A DNA stretch of 64,000 nucleotides, taken from NCBI GenBank assembly GCA_031422015.1, contig JANOPO010000081.1, forward strand, positions 2,981 to 66,980, written 5' to 3'. The number at the start of each line of letters is the position of its first letter. Positions within the stretch are counted from its first letter, which is position 1. The notes under the pieces were generated by a model. That model searched no databases and was not told where the DNA came from. It worked only from the letters and a program-made list of their open reading frames with translations. The translations under genes and the position numbers were made by a program. Below are positions 1 to 9,493 of this stretch, in pieces. Source of the DNA: Flavobacterium sp. Its GTDB lineage: Bacteria > Bacteroidota > Bacteroidia > Flavobacteriales > Flavobacteriaceae.

Positions 1-1626
1 CTGGTCAAGAAGATTGTAACCATAAAACACATCGTCGTTCCTACGGAAACAGATGCGCTTTTATTGGAAAATAATCTTATAAAAACCTTGCAACCTCGGT
101 ACAATATTTTGTTGCGCGATGATAAAACCTATCCTTGGATTTGTATTAAAAAAGAACCTTTTTCTAGACTTTTCCCAACCCGAAAAATGGTCAAAGACGG
201 CTCCGAATATTTTGGACCATATACGAGTTTCAAAACCGTAGGCGTGATTCTCGATTTGATTAAAGAGTTGTATCCGTTACGAACTTGCAACTTCGATTTG
301 TCGCAAAATAACATTGATAATCATAAATTCAAAGTTTGTCTCGAATATCATATTGGTAATTGTATGGGCGCGTGCGAAGGTCATGAAACATCACAAAATT
401 ATCAAACTCAAGTAAATGCTATTCGCGAAATCCTGAAAGGAAATTTCAAAGAATCGATGAAAGATTTCAAACGAGTCATGACCGATTTGGCAAGCAATAT
501 GTACTTTGAAGAAGCTCAAAAAATAAAAGAAAAAATCGAAATTCTCGAAAATTACCAATCGCGATCCACGATTATCAACCCTAAAATATCCAATATCGAT
601 GTTTTTTCGATCGTTTCTGATGAAAGTGCTGCTTTTATAAATTTCTTGCAAATCAATCATGGTTCCATTATCCGATCGCACACCATGGAAATCAAAAAAA
701 AACTCGACGAAACCGATCAAGAATTGTTAGAATTGGCAATTATCGAATTACGGGAACGTTTTCAGCTATTATCGCGCGAATTAATCGTGCCTTTTGAAGT
801 TGAGGTTGGAGAAAATCTCAAGATAACCGTGCCGCAACTCGGCGACAAAAAGCAAATTTTGGATTTGTCCGTTCGCAACGCCAAATATTTTAGAATAGAA
901 CAACTCAAAACATTACAAATCGTTGATCCAGATAGACATACAAACCGAATCATGGCACAAATGCAAAAAGATTTGCGCCTCAAAGTCGAGCCAAGACACA
1001 TCGAATGTTTCGACAACTCCAACATTCAAGGAACCAATCCTGTTGCGGCTTGCGTGGTTTTCAAAGACGGAAAACCCAGCAAAAAAGACTACCGCCATTT
1101 TAATATCAAAACTGTTGAAGGTCCAAATGATTTTGCTTCTATGGAAGAAGTAGTATACAGAAGATACAAACGCCTTTTGGATGAAAACCAACCATTACCG
1201 AATTTAATTATCATCGATGGAGGAAAAGGACAATTGTCTTCAGCTTTAAAAATTATGGACGAGCTCGATTTGCGAGGAAAAATTGCCATTATTGGCATCG
1301 CAAAACGATTGGAAGAACTGTTTTATCCAGGCGATTCGGTACCGTTGTATTTGGATAAAAAATCGGAAACTTTGAAGATTATTCAGCAATTGCGAAACGA
1401 AGCACATCGATTCGGAATTACGTTTCACAGAGATAAACGTAGTAAAGCATCTTTAATTTCGTCGATGGATACCATTCCAGGAATTGGCGAAAAAACGATG
1501 GAAACTTTAATAAAACAATTTAAATCGGTAAAAAGACTTAAATTAGCATCAGAAAAAGATATTTCTGACGTTATAGGAATTTCTAGGGCAAAAAAAATAG
1601 TCGAATTTTATAAAACCAAATTATAA
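1..1626 (+). CDS. uvrC: Excinuclease ABC subunit C (5'-truncated by window edge)
   Basis: Frame is open from base 1 (LVKKIVTIKHIVVPTETDALLLENNLIK). Shows the GIY-YIG tail, Cys cluster, RNase H-like HIECFDNS/IIIDGGKGQL/RNEAHRFG motifs and a C-terminal HhH (IPGIGEK). Confidence 0.97.
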   Translation: MVKKIVTIKHIVVPTETDALLLENNLIKTLQPRYNILLRDDKTYPWICIKKEPFSRLFPTRKMVKDGSEYFGPYTSFKTVGVILDLIKELYPLRTCNFDLSQNNIDNHKFKVCLEYHIGNCMGACEGHETSQNYQTQVNAIREILKGNFKESMKDFKRVMTDLASNMYFEEAQKIKEKIEILENYQSRSTIINPKISNIDVFSIVSDESAAFINFLQINHGSIIRSHTMEIKKKLDETDQELLELAIIELRERFQLLSRELIVPFEVEVGENLKITVPQLGDKKQILDLSVRNAKYFRIEQLKTLQIVDPDRHTNRIMAQMQKDLRLKVEPRHIECFDNSNIQGTNPVAACVVFKDGKPSKKDYRHFNIKTVEGPNDFASMEEVVYRRYKRLLDENQPLPNLIIIDGGKGQLSSALKIMDELDLRGKIAIIGIAKRLEELFYPGDSVPLYLDKKSETLKIIQQLRNEAHRFGITFHRDKRSKASLISSMDTIPGIGEKTMETLIKQFKSVKRLKLASEKDISDVIGISRAKKIVEFYKTKL

Positions 1627-1627
1627 T

Positions 1628-3874
1628 ATGAAATTGAAGGCAAAAGCCGAAAGAAATAAGTCAGAAGGTTATAGCATTATTTATATGCTTATTGCCTTTT
1701 GCCTTTTGCCTTTTGCCCTTAGTGCTCAAGAAATTCCTCGAAAAAAAATCGGTTTGGTTTTATCTGGCGGCGGCGCCAAAGGATTTGCGCATATTGGCGT
1801 GTTAAAAGTTATTGAACAAGCTGGCATAAAAATCGACTTTGTTGGTGGCACTAGTATGGGCGCCGTTGTTGGCGGTTTGTATGCATCGGGTTATAGTGCA
1901 ACACAAATTGATTCAATTTTTAAAGCGACAGATTTTGATGAATTAATCAAGGATTACATACCTAGAAAATCCAAAAATTTTTTTGAAAAACGTAACGACG
2001 AAATGTATGCTTTTTCATTACCCGTTAATAAATTCAAAATTAGTGTTCCTACCGCTTTATCTAAAGGAATGTATAACTACAATTTACTTGTAAAATTAAC
2101 AGATCATGTTAAATATATATCTGACTTTAACAAACTTCCTATTCCATTTTTATGCATTGCAACAGATATTGAAACTGGAGAAGAAATAGTGCAAAATAGC
2201 GGTTTCTTGCCACAAGCATTATTGGCAAGTAGTGCGTTTCCAACTATTTTTGCACCAATAGAACTCAATGGACGAATGCTTGTTGATGGTGGTGTTACAA
2301 ATAATTATCCTGTTGAAGAAATAAAAAAATTAGGAGCAGATATCATCATTGGTGTTAATGTTCAAGACGAGCTTAAAGACCGAAAATCATTAAAAGAAGC
2401 CACTAGAATATTAGTGCAAATATCAAACTTACAGATGATTAATCAAATGAAAGAAAAAGAGGCTTTGACAGATATTTATATCAAACCAGACATTTCCAAA
2501 TATGGTGTCATCTCATTTTCTGATGGTAGAGAAATTATCAAAAATGGAGAGGCTGCAGCATTTGTTGTATATGATAAATTGAAAAAATTAGGCGAAACAA
2601 ATCCGCTTGAAAATAGTAAAAAAATTAATATTAAAAATGACAGTCTAAAAATCCACTTAATTGAGGTAAGCAATTTAAAAAATTATACTAGAGCATATAT
2701 TATTGGCAAATTAGGGTTTAAATCGTCCACTAAAATCAATTTTGAAGATTTAAAAAACGGCATAAATAAACTTGATGCAACACAGAATTTTAGTGCCATA
2801 TCGTATCAAATAAAAAAAACAGAAGTTGGAGAAAAATTAAATTTACAACTTACTGAAAATCCTAATAGAACTTTTTTGAAGTTTGCCCTTCATTATGACA
2901 ATTTATATAAAAGTAGTTTGTTGTTAAATCTTACCCAAAAAAAATCACTTTTCAAGAACGACGTTCTGTCGGCCGATATTATTCTAGGCGATAATTTCAG
3001 ATATAATTTAGATTATTATATTGATAATGGTTTCTATTTTAGTTTTGGCTTAAAATCTAGACTCAACCAATTTAACCGAAACGTTGCTACCGATTTTAAT
3101 GATGGCACAATCTTTAGCCAATTGGGAATAGAAACTCTTAATGTTGATTTTTTAGATCTCAACAATCAAGCTTTTGTACAAACTATTTTTGCTCAAAAAT
3201 TTCTAATTGGGATCGGTTTGGAATGGAAATACCTTCGAATCAAATCCAACACGCTTAATAATTCGGCTTCTGTTTTTGAAGACAGTGATTATGGTGCTGT
3301 TTTTGGATTTTTGAAATATGACTCGTTTGATAATAAATATTTTCCGAAAAAGGGTTGGGACCTTAAAGCTGACATGCAATCCTATTTATATTCTAGTAAC
3401 TTTTCGCAGCAGTTTAATAGGTTTTCTATTGCTTCAGGCGAAGCAAGTTTTGCAAGAACAGCATTCAAAAAAGCAACAGTAAGATTACAAACAGAAATTG
3501 GATTCACTATCGGTCAAAAAAGTGCTCCTTATCTTAATTTTGTTTTGGGAGGATATGGCTTTAATGCAATAAATAACTTTAAGCCTTTTTATGGTTATGA
3601 TTTTGTGTCTTTATCTGGAGATAGTTATTTGAAAACTAGTGCAACAATCGATTTAGAAATTTATAAAAAAAATCATCTTAATATAGCTGCAAATTTTGCA
3701 CTTGTTGAGGACAATCTTTTTGAATCTGTCGATTGGATATCAAGAAAAAAACATTCAGGTTATTCGCTAGGTTATGGACTAGAAACATTATTTGGACCCA
3801 TAGAATTTAAATATTCTTGGTCACCTGAAGTAAAAAAGAACTTCTTTTGGTTAAGCCTAGGCTTTTGGTTTTAA
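1628..3874 (+). CDS. Patatin-like phospholipase with POTRA and C-terminal beta-barrel (PlpD-like)
   Basis: GGGAKG, GTSMG (catalytic Ser) and DGG motifs; C-terminal amphipathic strands ending in LGFWF. Confidence 0.9.
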   Translation: MKLKAKAERNKSEGYSIIYMLIAFCLLPFALSAQEIPRKKIGLVLSGGGAKGFAHIGVLKVIEQAGIKIDFVGGTSMGAVVGGLYASGYSATQIDSIFKATDFDELIKDYIPRKSKNFFEKRNDEMYAFSLPVNKFKISVPTALSKGMYNYNLLVKLTDHVKYISDFNKLPIPFLCIATDIETGEEIVQNSGFLPQALLASSAFPTIFAPIELNGRMLVDGGVTNNYPVEEIKKLGADIIIGVNVQDELKDRKSLKEATRILVQISNLQMINQMKEKEALTDIYIKPDISKYGVISFSDGREIIKNGEAAAFVVYDKLKKLGETNPLENSKKINIKNDSLKIHLIEVSNLKNYTRAYIIGKLGFKSSTKINFEDLKNGINKLDATQNFSAISYQIKKTEVGEKLNLQLTENPNRTFLKFALHYDNLYKSSLLLNLTQKKSLFKNDVLSADIILGDNFRYNLDYYIDNGFYFSFGLKSRLNQFNRNVATDFNDGTIFSQLGIETLNVDFLDLNNQAFVQTIFAQKFLIGIGLEWKYLRIKSNTLNNSASVFEDSDYGAVFGFLKYDSFDNKYFPKKGWDLKADMQSYLYSSNFSQQFNRFSIASGEASFARTAFKKATVRLQTEIGFTIGQKSAPYLNFVLGGYGFNAINNFKPFYGYDFVSLSGDSYLKTSATIDLEIYKKNHLNIAANFALVEDNLFESVDWISRKKHSGYSLGYGLETLFGPIEFKYSWSPEVKKNFFWLSLGFWF
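1692..1719 (+). repeat. Heptamer tandem repeat (TTGCCTT)x3 + TTGCCCT inside the patatin signal peptide
   Basis: Read directly from the sequence; an inverted arm AAGGCAAAAG lies at 1637-1646. Confidence 0.9.
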
Positions 3875-3914
3875 AAAAACTAGTCGTATTTACTCTTTTT
3901 TTAAAAAAAAACAA

Positions 3915-3922
3915 TACTTTTG
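3915..3922 (+). promoter_or_regulatory. Bacteroidota sigma-A -7 element (TACTTTTG)
   Basis: Matches TAnnTTTG, 27 bp upstream of the permease start. Confidence 0.55.
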
Positions 3923-3949
3923 GATTTCAAACAACTAATCTAAATTAAC

Positions 3950-5428
3950 ATGTCTATCTGGAAGAAAAAATCAATACCATTATTATTAGCTGAAGCAGCC
4001 GAATCTGAAAAAGGTTTAAAAAGAACACTAACTGCTTGGTCTTTGGTAGCTTTAGGTATTGGGGCAATTATAGGAGCTGGACTTTTTGTTAGAACTGCAA
4101 CGGCCGCCGCTCAAAACGCTGGTCCATCTGTAACTATCGGATTTATTGTTGCCGCAATAGGATGTGCATTAGCAGGACTGTGTTATGCAGAATTATCATC
4201 GTCAATTCCAATTTCTGGAAGTGCTTATACTTATACATACGCCACCATGGGAGAACTTTTGGCATGGATCATTGGCTGGGATCTAATCTTAGAATATGCT
4301 GTAGGAGCTGCAACTGTTGGTATTGCTTGGAGTGAATATCTCAATAATATGCTGGTCAATGTGCTGCACACAAGCCCGATACCTTATGCGTTGTCACATT
4401 CTCCTTTTCAAACTTCTGATCTTGGAGAACAAGGAATTATTAATCTTCCTGCTTTTTTTATAGTTGGTGCAATAAGTTTATTATTAATTAAAGGAACTCA
4501 AGAGTCCGCCTTTGTTAACGGAATTATCGTCATCGTCAAAACATCAATTGTTGTAATGATAATAGTGTTTGGTTGGAGTTTTATCAATCCAGTAAACCAT
4601 ACAAATTATATACCTGAACCTTCAATTTTTACGGACGATTCGGGTGTTGGACATAATTTTGGCGGTATTATGGGAATTCTTGGTGCAGCAGGAACCGTGT
4701 TTTTTGCTTTTATTGGTTTTGACGCGGTAAGTACAGCAGCTCAAGAAACCAAAAATCCAAAACGTGATATGCCAATCGGTATTCTTGGATCATTGGCAGT
4801 TTGTACTGTTTTGTATATTCTTTTCGCTCACGTTTTAACTGGATTAGAATCTGTAGAATTTTTTAGAACAGGCGGTAAAGAAGCGTCGGTTGCTGCGGCA
4901 ATCAGTTCAGCAATGCCTGGTTATGAGTGGCTATCTCAATTTGTAACCGTTGCCATTTTATTCGGATTTACATCTGTAATATTGGTAATGCTACTCGGAC
5001 AATCGAGAGTTTTTTATTCCATGGGAAAAGATGGATTAATACCTAAATATTTTGGCGATTTGCATCCAAAATTTAAAACGCCATACAAAGCTAATTTAGC
5101 AATTTTAGTAATTGTTGGTTTATTTGCCGCTTTTGTCCCTGGAGATATTGTAGGTGATATGACAAGCATAGGAACTTTGTTTGCCTTTATATTGGTATGC
5201 GTTTCTGTAATTGTATTACGAAAAACAAATCCAGATATGAAACGAGAATTTAAAACTCCTCTTGTTCCGCTTGTGCCAATTTTAGGAATTGTAGTTTGTC
5301 TTGCGATGATTTATGGATTGGGATGGACCAACTGGTTGCGACTTGCAGGTTGGTTAGCAATTGGATTAGTAATTTATTTCGGATATGGAAAGCATAATTC
5401 TGTTTTAAATAATCCAGATAAAAAATAA
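3950..5428 (+). CDS. APC-family amino acid permease
   Basis: GIGAIIGAGLF, GSAYTY and FAFIGFDAVST motifs; about 12 hydrophobic segments. Confidence 0.93.
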   Translation: MSIWKKKSIPLLLAEAAESEKGLKRTLTAWSLVALGIGAIIGAGLFVRTATAAAQNAGPSVTIGFIVAAIGCALAGLCYAELSSSIPISGSAYTYTYATMGELLAWIIGWDLILEYAVGAATVGIAWSEYLNNMLVNVLHTSPIPYALSHSPFQTSDLGEQGIINLPAFFIVGAISLLLIKGTQESAFVNGIIVIVKTSIVVMIIVFGWSFINPVNHTNYIPEPSIFTDDSGVGHNFGGIMGILGAAGTVFFAFIGFDAVSTAAQETKNPKRDMPIGILGSLAVCTVLYILFAHVLTGLESVEFFRTGGKEASVAAAISSAMPGYEWLSQFVTVAILFGFTSVILVMLLGQSRVFYSMGKDGLIPKYFGDLHPKFKTPYKANLAILVIVGLFAAFVPGDIVGDMTSIGTLFAFILVCVSVIVLRKTNPDMKREFKTPLVPLVPILGIVVCLAMIYGLGWTNWLRLAGWLAIGLVIYFGYGKHNSVLNNPDKK

Positions 5429-5444
5429 CTTACTAAATAACAAA

Positions 5445-5486
5445 AAAAAAGCATTAAACATGAATAATCATCTTTAATGCTTTTTT
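5445..5486 (+). terminator. Intrinsic terminator (likely bidirectional)
   Basis: AAAAAAGCATTAAA / TTTAATGCTTTTTT inverted repeat after the permease stop. Confidence 0.8.
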
Positions 5487-5585
5487 CATTTATAAATAAT
5501 TCACAATAAAACATTCAAAAAATTAAATTTTTCCGATATTTGTTTATTGATTTTGTTTACAACATTTACTGAATTCTGCAATCTA

Positions 5586-5619
5586 AAATCTGCAATCTAA
5601 TGCTTTACCATAAACTAGG
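5586..5619 (+). repeat. Short heptamer-like repeat (AATCTGC/AATCTAA)
   Basis: aattctgcaatctaaaatctgcaatctaatg, running into the hmgA start codon. Confidence 0.65.
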
Positions 5620-6760
5620 AAACTTTCCACAAAAACGTCACACACAATTCGAGAAACCTTCAGGCGGTTTTTATTACGAACAACTTTTTGGTACCGAAGG
5701 TTTTCATGGACATTCTTCGTTGTTGTATCATGTGCATCGTCCTACTCAAGTAAAAGAAATTCTGAAATCCTATTCTGTAGATCCAAAAATAGCTATCGAT
5801 AAAAATATAAAATCATTATTGTTCAAAGGTTTCGAACTCCAACCAGAAGCCGATTTTCTAGAATCCAGAAAACCCATGTTGGTTAATAAAGATTGTACTA
5901 TTGGACTCGCCGCACCGCAAAAATCAGTAACTGATTATTTCTATAAAAATGCCGATGCCGATGAGCTTATTTTCATTCATAAAGGATCCGGAAAACTGCG
6001 TACAATGCTCGGAAACATCGAATTTGAATATGGTGATTATTTGATAATTCCTCGTGGAATGATTTATCAAATCGAATTCAATTCTTCCGAAAACCGTTTG
6101 TTTTATGTTGAATCTTTTGCACCATTTTACACACCAAAACGTTACAAAAATGAATCAGGACAACATCTGGAACATTCCCCGTTTTGCGAACGCGATTTCA
6201 AATTGCCCAAAGATTTAGAAACCCACGACGAAAAAGGCGATTTTTTAATAAAGATCAAAAAGGAAGGCATGATTCACGAATTCGTTTATGCCACACATCC
6301 TTTTGATGTTGTAGGTTGGGATGGCTATAATTTCCCGTACGGATTTTCGATTCATAATTTCGAACCCATTACCGGAAGAGTGCACCAACCGCCACCAGTG
6401 CACCAAACTTTCGAAACTGCAACATTTGTAGTCTGTTCATTCTGTCCTCGTTTGTACGATTACCATCCAAAATCTATTCCTGCGCCATACAACCACAGCA
6501 ATATAGATTCGGATGAAGTTTTGTATTATGTTGATGGCGATTTTATGAGCAGAAATAATATTGAGCAAGGTCATATTACGTTGCACCCAAAAGGAATTCC
6601 GCACGGACCAGCACCAGGAGCAATGGAACGGAGCATTGGTCATAAAGAAACCCAAGAATTAGCAGTTATGGTCGATACATTTCGCCCATTAATGGTTACC
6701 GAAATCGCAATGGGATTAGATGATGGGAAATATTATAAGAGTTGGTTAGAAGCCCCCTAA
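5600..6760 (+). CDS. hmgA: Homogentisate 1,2-dioxygenase
   Basis: NADADEL, PYNHSNIDSDEVLYY, HPKGIPHGP and ELAVMVDT motifs; clustered with hppD. Confidence 0.95.
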   Translation: MLYHKLGNFPQKRHTQFEKPSGGFYYEQLFGTEGFHGHSSLLYHVHRPTQVKEILKSYSVDPKIAIDKNIKSLLFKGFELQPEADFLESRKPMLVNKDCTIGLAAPQKSVTDYFYKNADADELIFIHKGSGKLRTMLGNIEFEYGDYLIIPRGMIYQIEFNSSENRLFYVESFAPFYTPKRYKNESGQHLEHSPFCERDFKLPKDLETHDEKGDFLIKIKKEGMIHEFVYATHPFDVVGWDGYNFPYGFSIHNFEPITGRVHQPPPVHQTFETATFVVCSFCPRLYDYHPKSIPAPYNHSNIDSDEVLYYVDGDFMSRNNIEQGHITLHPKGIPHGPAPGAMERSIGHKETQELAVMVDTFRPLMVTEIAMGLDDGKYYKSWLEAP

Positions 6761-6775
6761 CCCCCGAAGGGGGAA
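6753..6775 (+). repeat. GC-rich palindromic repeat CCCCCTAACCCCCGAAGGGGGAA
   Basis: CCCCC-GAA-GGGGG hairpin overlapping the hmgA stop in AT-rich context. Confidence 0.75.
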
Positions 6776-6797
6776 CTCCAAACATACTAAAATATAA

Positions 6798-7193
6798 ATG
6801 AAAAAATACGCAACTGTAGATTCAAGAAAAAACCCGATATTTGAAGTTGTTTTTACTGGCGAACAAGCCAATGATGATAATTTTCCGTTTTATATGCAGG
6901 AAGTAAAAGACGTTTATGAGCAACAAAAAAAAGTTGTAATTATTTTCGATGCTTCGAATGCGGTCATGCCTGCTTTAAAATACCAAAAAATACAAGCCGA
7001 TTGGCTAAAAGAAAATGAACAATTAATGAAAGATTATTGTTTAGGAACAGCCTATATTATTCCAAATTTAATAATTAGAAATGTTCTCAAAACAATTTTC
7101 ACGTTCCAAAAACAACCAGTTGAATATTTGATTTGTAAAAATAGCGAAGATGCAAATGTTTGGGTTAACGAAAAATTAGCAACTAATATTTAA
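6798..7193 (+). CDS. STAS/SEC14 (SpoIIAA-like) domain small protein
   Basis: 131 aa; VVIIFDASN ... GTAYIIPNLIIRNVLKTIF ... EDANVWV pattern typical of that fold; assignment by recall, not by search. Confidence 0.6.
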   Translation: MKKYATVDSRKNPIFEVVFTGEQANDDNFPFYMQEVKDVYEQQKKVVIIFDASNAVMPALKYQKIQADWLKENEQLMKDYCLGTAYIIPNLIIRNVLKTIFTFQKQPVEYLICKNSEDANVWVNEKLATNI

Positions 7194-7206
7194 ACAAATC
7201 AAGAAA

Positions 7207-7246
7207 AATCTGCGAATATCCGTTAAATCCGTGTTATCTGCATTCA
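7207..7246 (+). repeat. Periodic ATC(T/C)G(C/T) repeat arm
   Basis: atctgc-gaat-atccgt-taa-atccgt-gtt-atctgc, four units at 9-10 bp spacing. Confidence 0.65.
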
Positions 7247-7258
7247 AAAAATAACAAA

Positions 7259-8419
7259 ATGAGCAAAGAAGTAAAATCAGTAGAATACGGCTTAGAAAAA
7301 ATATTCGAAGGAGCACAAGATTTCCTTCCATTATTAGGAACCGATTATGTCGAATTCTACGTTGGCAATGCTAAACAAGCAGCACATTTCTACAAAACAG
7401 CATTCGGTTTCCAATCGCATGCCTACAAAGGTTTAGAAACAGGATCAAGAGATTCCGTTTCTTATGTGCTAAAGCAAGACAAAATTCGATTGGTACTAAC
7501 AACAGCTTTAAATAGTAATTCTGTTATTGGCGAGCACGTAAAAAAACATGGCGATGGCGTAAAAATTGTCGCGCTTTGGGTTGAAGACGCTCGATCTGCA
7601 TTTGAAGAAACTATCAAACGTGGCGCAAAAGTTTTTATGGAACCAGTTGTAGAAAAAGACGAATTTGGAGAAGTAGTTCGTGCCGGAATTTATACGTATG
7701 GCGAAACCGTTCACATGTTTGTAGAACGAAAAAACTACAAAGGAGCATTTTTGCCAGGTTTCGTTAAACATAAATCTAATTACAATCCAACGTCAGTTGG
7801 ATTGAAATATATCGATCATATGGTTGGCAATGTTGGTTGGAATCAAATGAATGTTTGGGTACAGTTCTACGAAGAAGTAATGGGATTTGTCAATTTCCTA
7901 TCGTTTGATGACAAGCAAATTCACACAGAATATTCTGCTTTAATGTCTAAAGTAATGAGTAACGGTAACGGTCGAATCAAATTTCCGATAAACGAACCGG
8001 CCAAAGGCAACAAACGATCGCAAATTGAAGAATATCTGGACTTTTACGAAGGCGAAGGCGTGCAACACATTGCTATTGCTACTGATGATATTATTGCTAC
8101 CGTAACACAACTTCGTGCCCGTGGAATTGAATTTTTATCGGCACCGCCACACGCTTATTATGAAGATATCCCAAACAGATTGGGCGTTCATATGGACATG
8201 ATGAAAGAAGATATATCGAAACTCGAAGAACTTGCCATAATGGTCGATGCTGATGAAGATGGCTATCTATTGCAGATTTTTACTAAACCCGTTGAAGACC
8301 GTCCAACATTATTTTTCGAAATTATTCAACGCATGGGCGCAACTGGTTTTGGCGCAGGAAACTTCAAAGCTTTATTCGAATCTATCGAAAGAGAACAAGC
8401 CAAAAGAGGCACTTTGTAA
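7259..8419 (+). CDS. hppD: 4-hydroxyphenylpyruvate dioxygenase
   Basis: IDHMVGNV, QHIAI, LLQIFT and FFEIIQR..GFGAGNFKALFESIE motifs. Confidence 0.97.
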   Translation: MSKEVKSVEYGLEKIFEGAQDFLPLLGTDYVEFYVGNAKQAAHFYKTAFGFQSHAYKGLETGSRDSVSYVLKQDKIRLVLTTALNSNSVIGEHVKKHGDGVKIVALWVEDARSAFEETIKRGAKVFMEPVVEKDEFGEVVRAGIYTYGETVHMFVERKNYKGAFLPGFVKHKSNYNPTSVGLKYIDHMVGNVGWNQMNVWVQFYEEVMGFVNFLSFDDKQIHTEYSALMSKVMSNGNGRIKFPINEPAKGNKRSQIEEYLDFYEGEGVQHIAIATDDIIATVTQLRARGIEFLSAPPHAYYEDIPNRLGVHMDMMKEDISKLEELAIMVDADEDGYLLQIFTKPVEDRPTLFFEIIQRMGATGFGAGNFKALFESIEREQAKRGTL

Positions 8420-8531
8420 TAAAATTGACGATTTATTAAACATATCGTAAACTACATCGTTGTAGGACACGTTGAATTATCAAATAAATGTTAAAGTTTG
8501 TTTTTTATTACGAATATCCTAAAAACCAATT

Positions 8532-8539
8532 TATATTTG
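8532..8539 (+). promoter_or_regulatory. -7 promoter element (TATATTTG) ahead of the sRNA candidate
   Basis: Matches the TAnnTTTG consensus. Confidence 0.6.
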
Positions 8540-8543
8540 TACC

Positions 8544-8651
8544 AGAAATAACGGGAGTGGTTTCCATTTATTTTCTATAAATTTCATAATTTATAGTTTT
8601 TTGGTTGGTTAATAGCATAAAAACTCTGTCATTGTTTGATGGAGTTTTTTT
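8544..8651 (+). ncRNA. Candidate intergenic sRNA (~110 nt)
   Basis: Own -7 element, hairpin 8544-8577, perfect 8-bp hairpin 8575-8596, terminator 8619-8651; no ORF. Confidence 0.5.
8619..8651 (+). terminator. Intrinsic terminator
   Basis: AAAAACTCTGTCA / TGATGGAGTTTTT 13-bp stem (two G-U pairs) followed by a T tract. Confidence 0.75.
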
Positions 8652-8658
8652 GTTTTTA

Positions 8659-8666
8659 TACATTTG
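8659..8666 (+). promoter_or_regulatory. -7 promoter element (TACATTTG) for the DUF3108 operon
   Basis: Matches the TAnnTTTG consensus just after the terminator. Confidence 0.6.
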
Positions 8667-8710
8667 GAATAGAAATTGTACATGCACAATAAAGATAAGT
8701 TATTTGCACA

Positions 8711-9484
8711 ATGAAAAAAACACTTTTACTTGTTATAATATTTTTTACGATAGCTAGTTTTGCTCAAAAAGAAAGAGCTTTCGAAGTGGGCGAATGGTTC
8801 AAGTTTAGAATCCATTATGGTATTGTAAATGCAGGTTATGCAACCGTTGAAGTCAAAGAAGGAGAACGAAACAATAAAAAAGTTTTTCACGCCATCGGGA
8901 AAGGATATACAACGGGTATGACAAAACTTTTCTTTAAAGTTGATGATCTTTACGAAAGTTATTTTGACAAAGAAAGTAGCAAACCCTATCAGTTTATTAG
9001 AAAAATTGACGAAGGCGGTTATAAAAAAAATCAAGAGGGCTATTTTAAACAAGACTCAAACCAAGTTTTGGTAAAAAATTATATTTCAAAAGAAGAAAAA
9101 ACATTTCCAGTATCTGAAAATGTCCAAGATATACTGTCAACTTTTTATTTTTTAAGAAATAATCCAAATGTTGATAAACTCAAAAAAGGAGAAGCAATTT
9201 CGGTAGATATGTTTTTTGATAATGAAAGCACAAAATTCAAATTGAAATTCATGGGAACTGAAGATATTGAAACTAAATTTGGAACAGTTAATTGTATGAT
9301 TTTTAGACCGTTAGTGCAATCTGGTCGAATTTTCAAAGAAGAAGAAAGTTTGACTGTTTGGATCTCAAATGACGACAACAAAATCCCCGTACGCGTAAAA
9401 GCCAGCTTAGCAGTAGGATCAATAAAAGCAGATTTAGATTCTTTTAAAGGATTAAAATATTCATTTAAAATTAAATCAAAATAA
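8711..9484 (+). CDS. DUF3108-family secreted protein
   Basis: Signal peptide; GEWFKFRIHYG, FFKVDDLYESY and WISNDDNKIPVRV patterns. Confidence 0.8.
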   Translation: MKKTLLLVIIFFTIASFAQKERAFEVGEWFKFRIHYGIVNAGYATVEVKEGERNNKKVFHAIGKGYTTGMTKLFFKVDDLYESYFDKESSKPYQFIRKIDEGGYKKNQEGYFKQDSNQVLVKNYISKEEKTFPVSENVQDILSTFYFLRNNPNVDKLKKGEAISVDMFFDNESTKFKLKFMGTEDIETKFGTVNCMIFRPLVQSGRIFKEEESLTVWISNDDNKIPVRVKASLAVGSIKADLDSFKGLKYSFKIKSK

Positions 9485-9493
9485 AAATTAACA

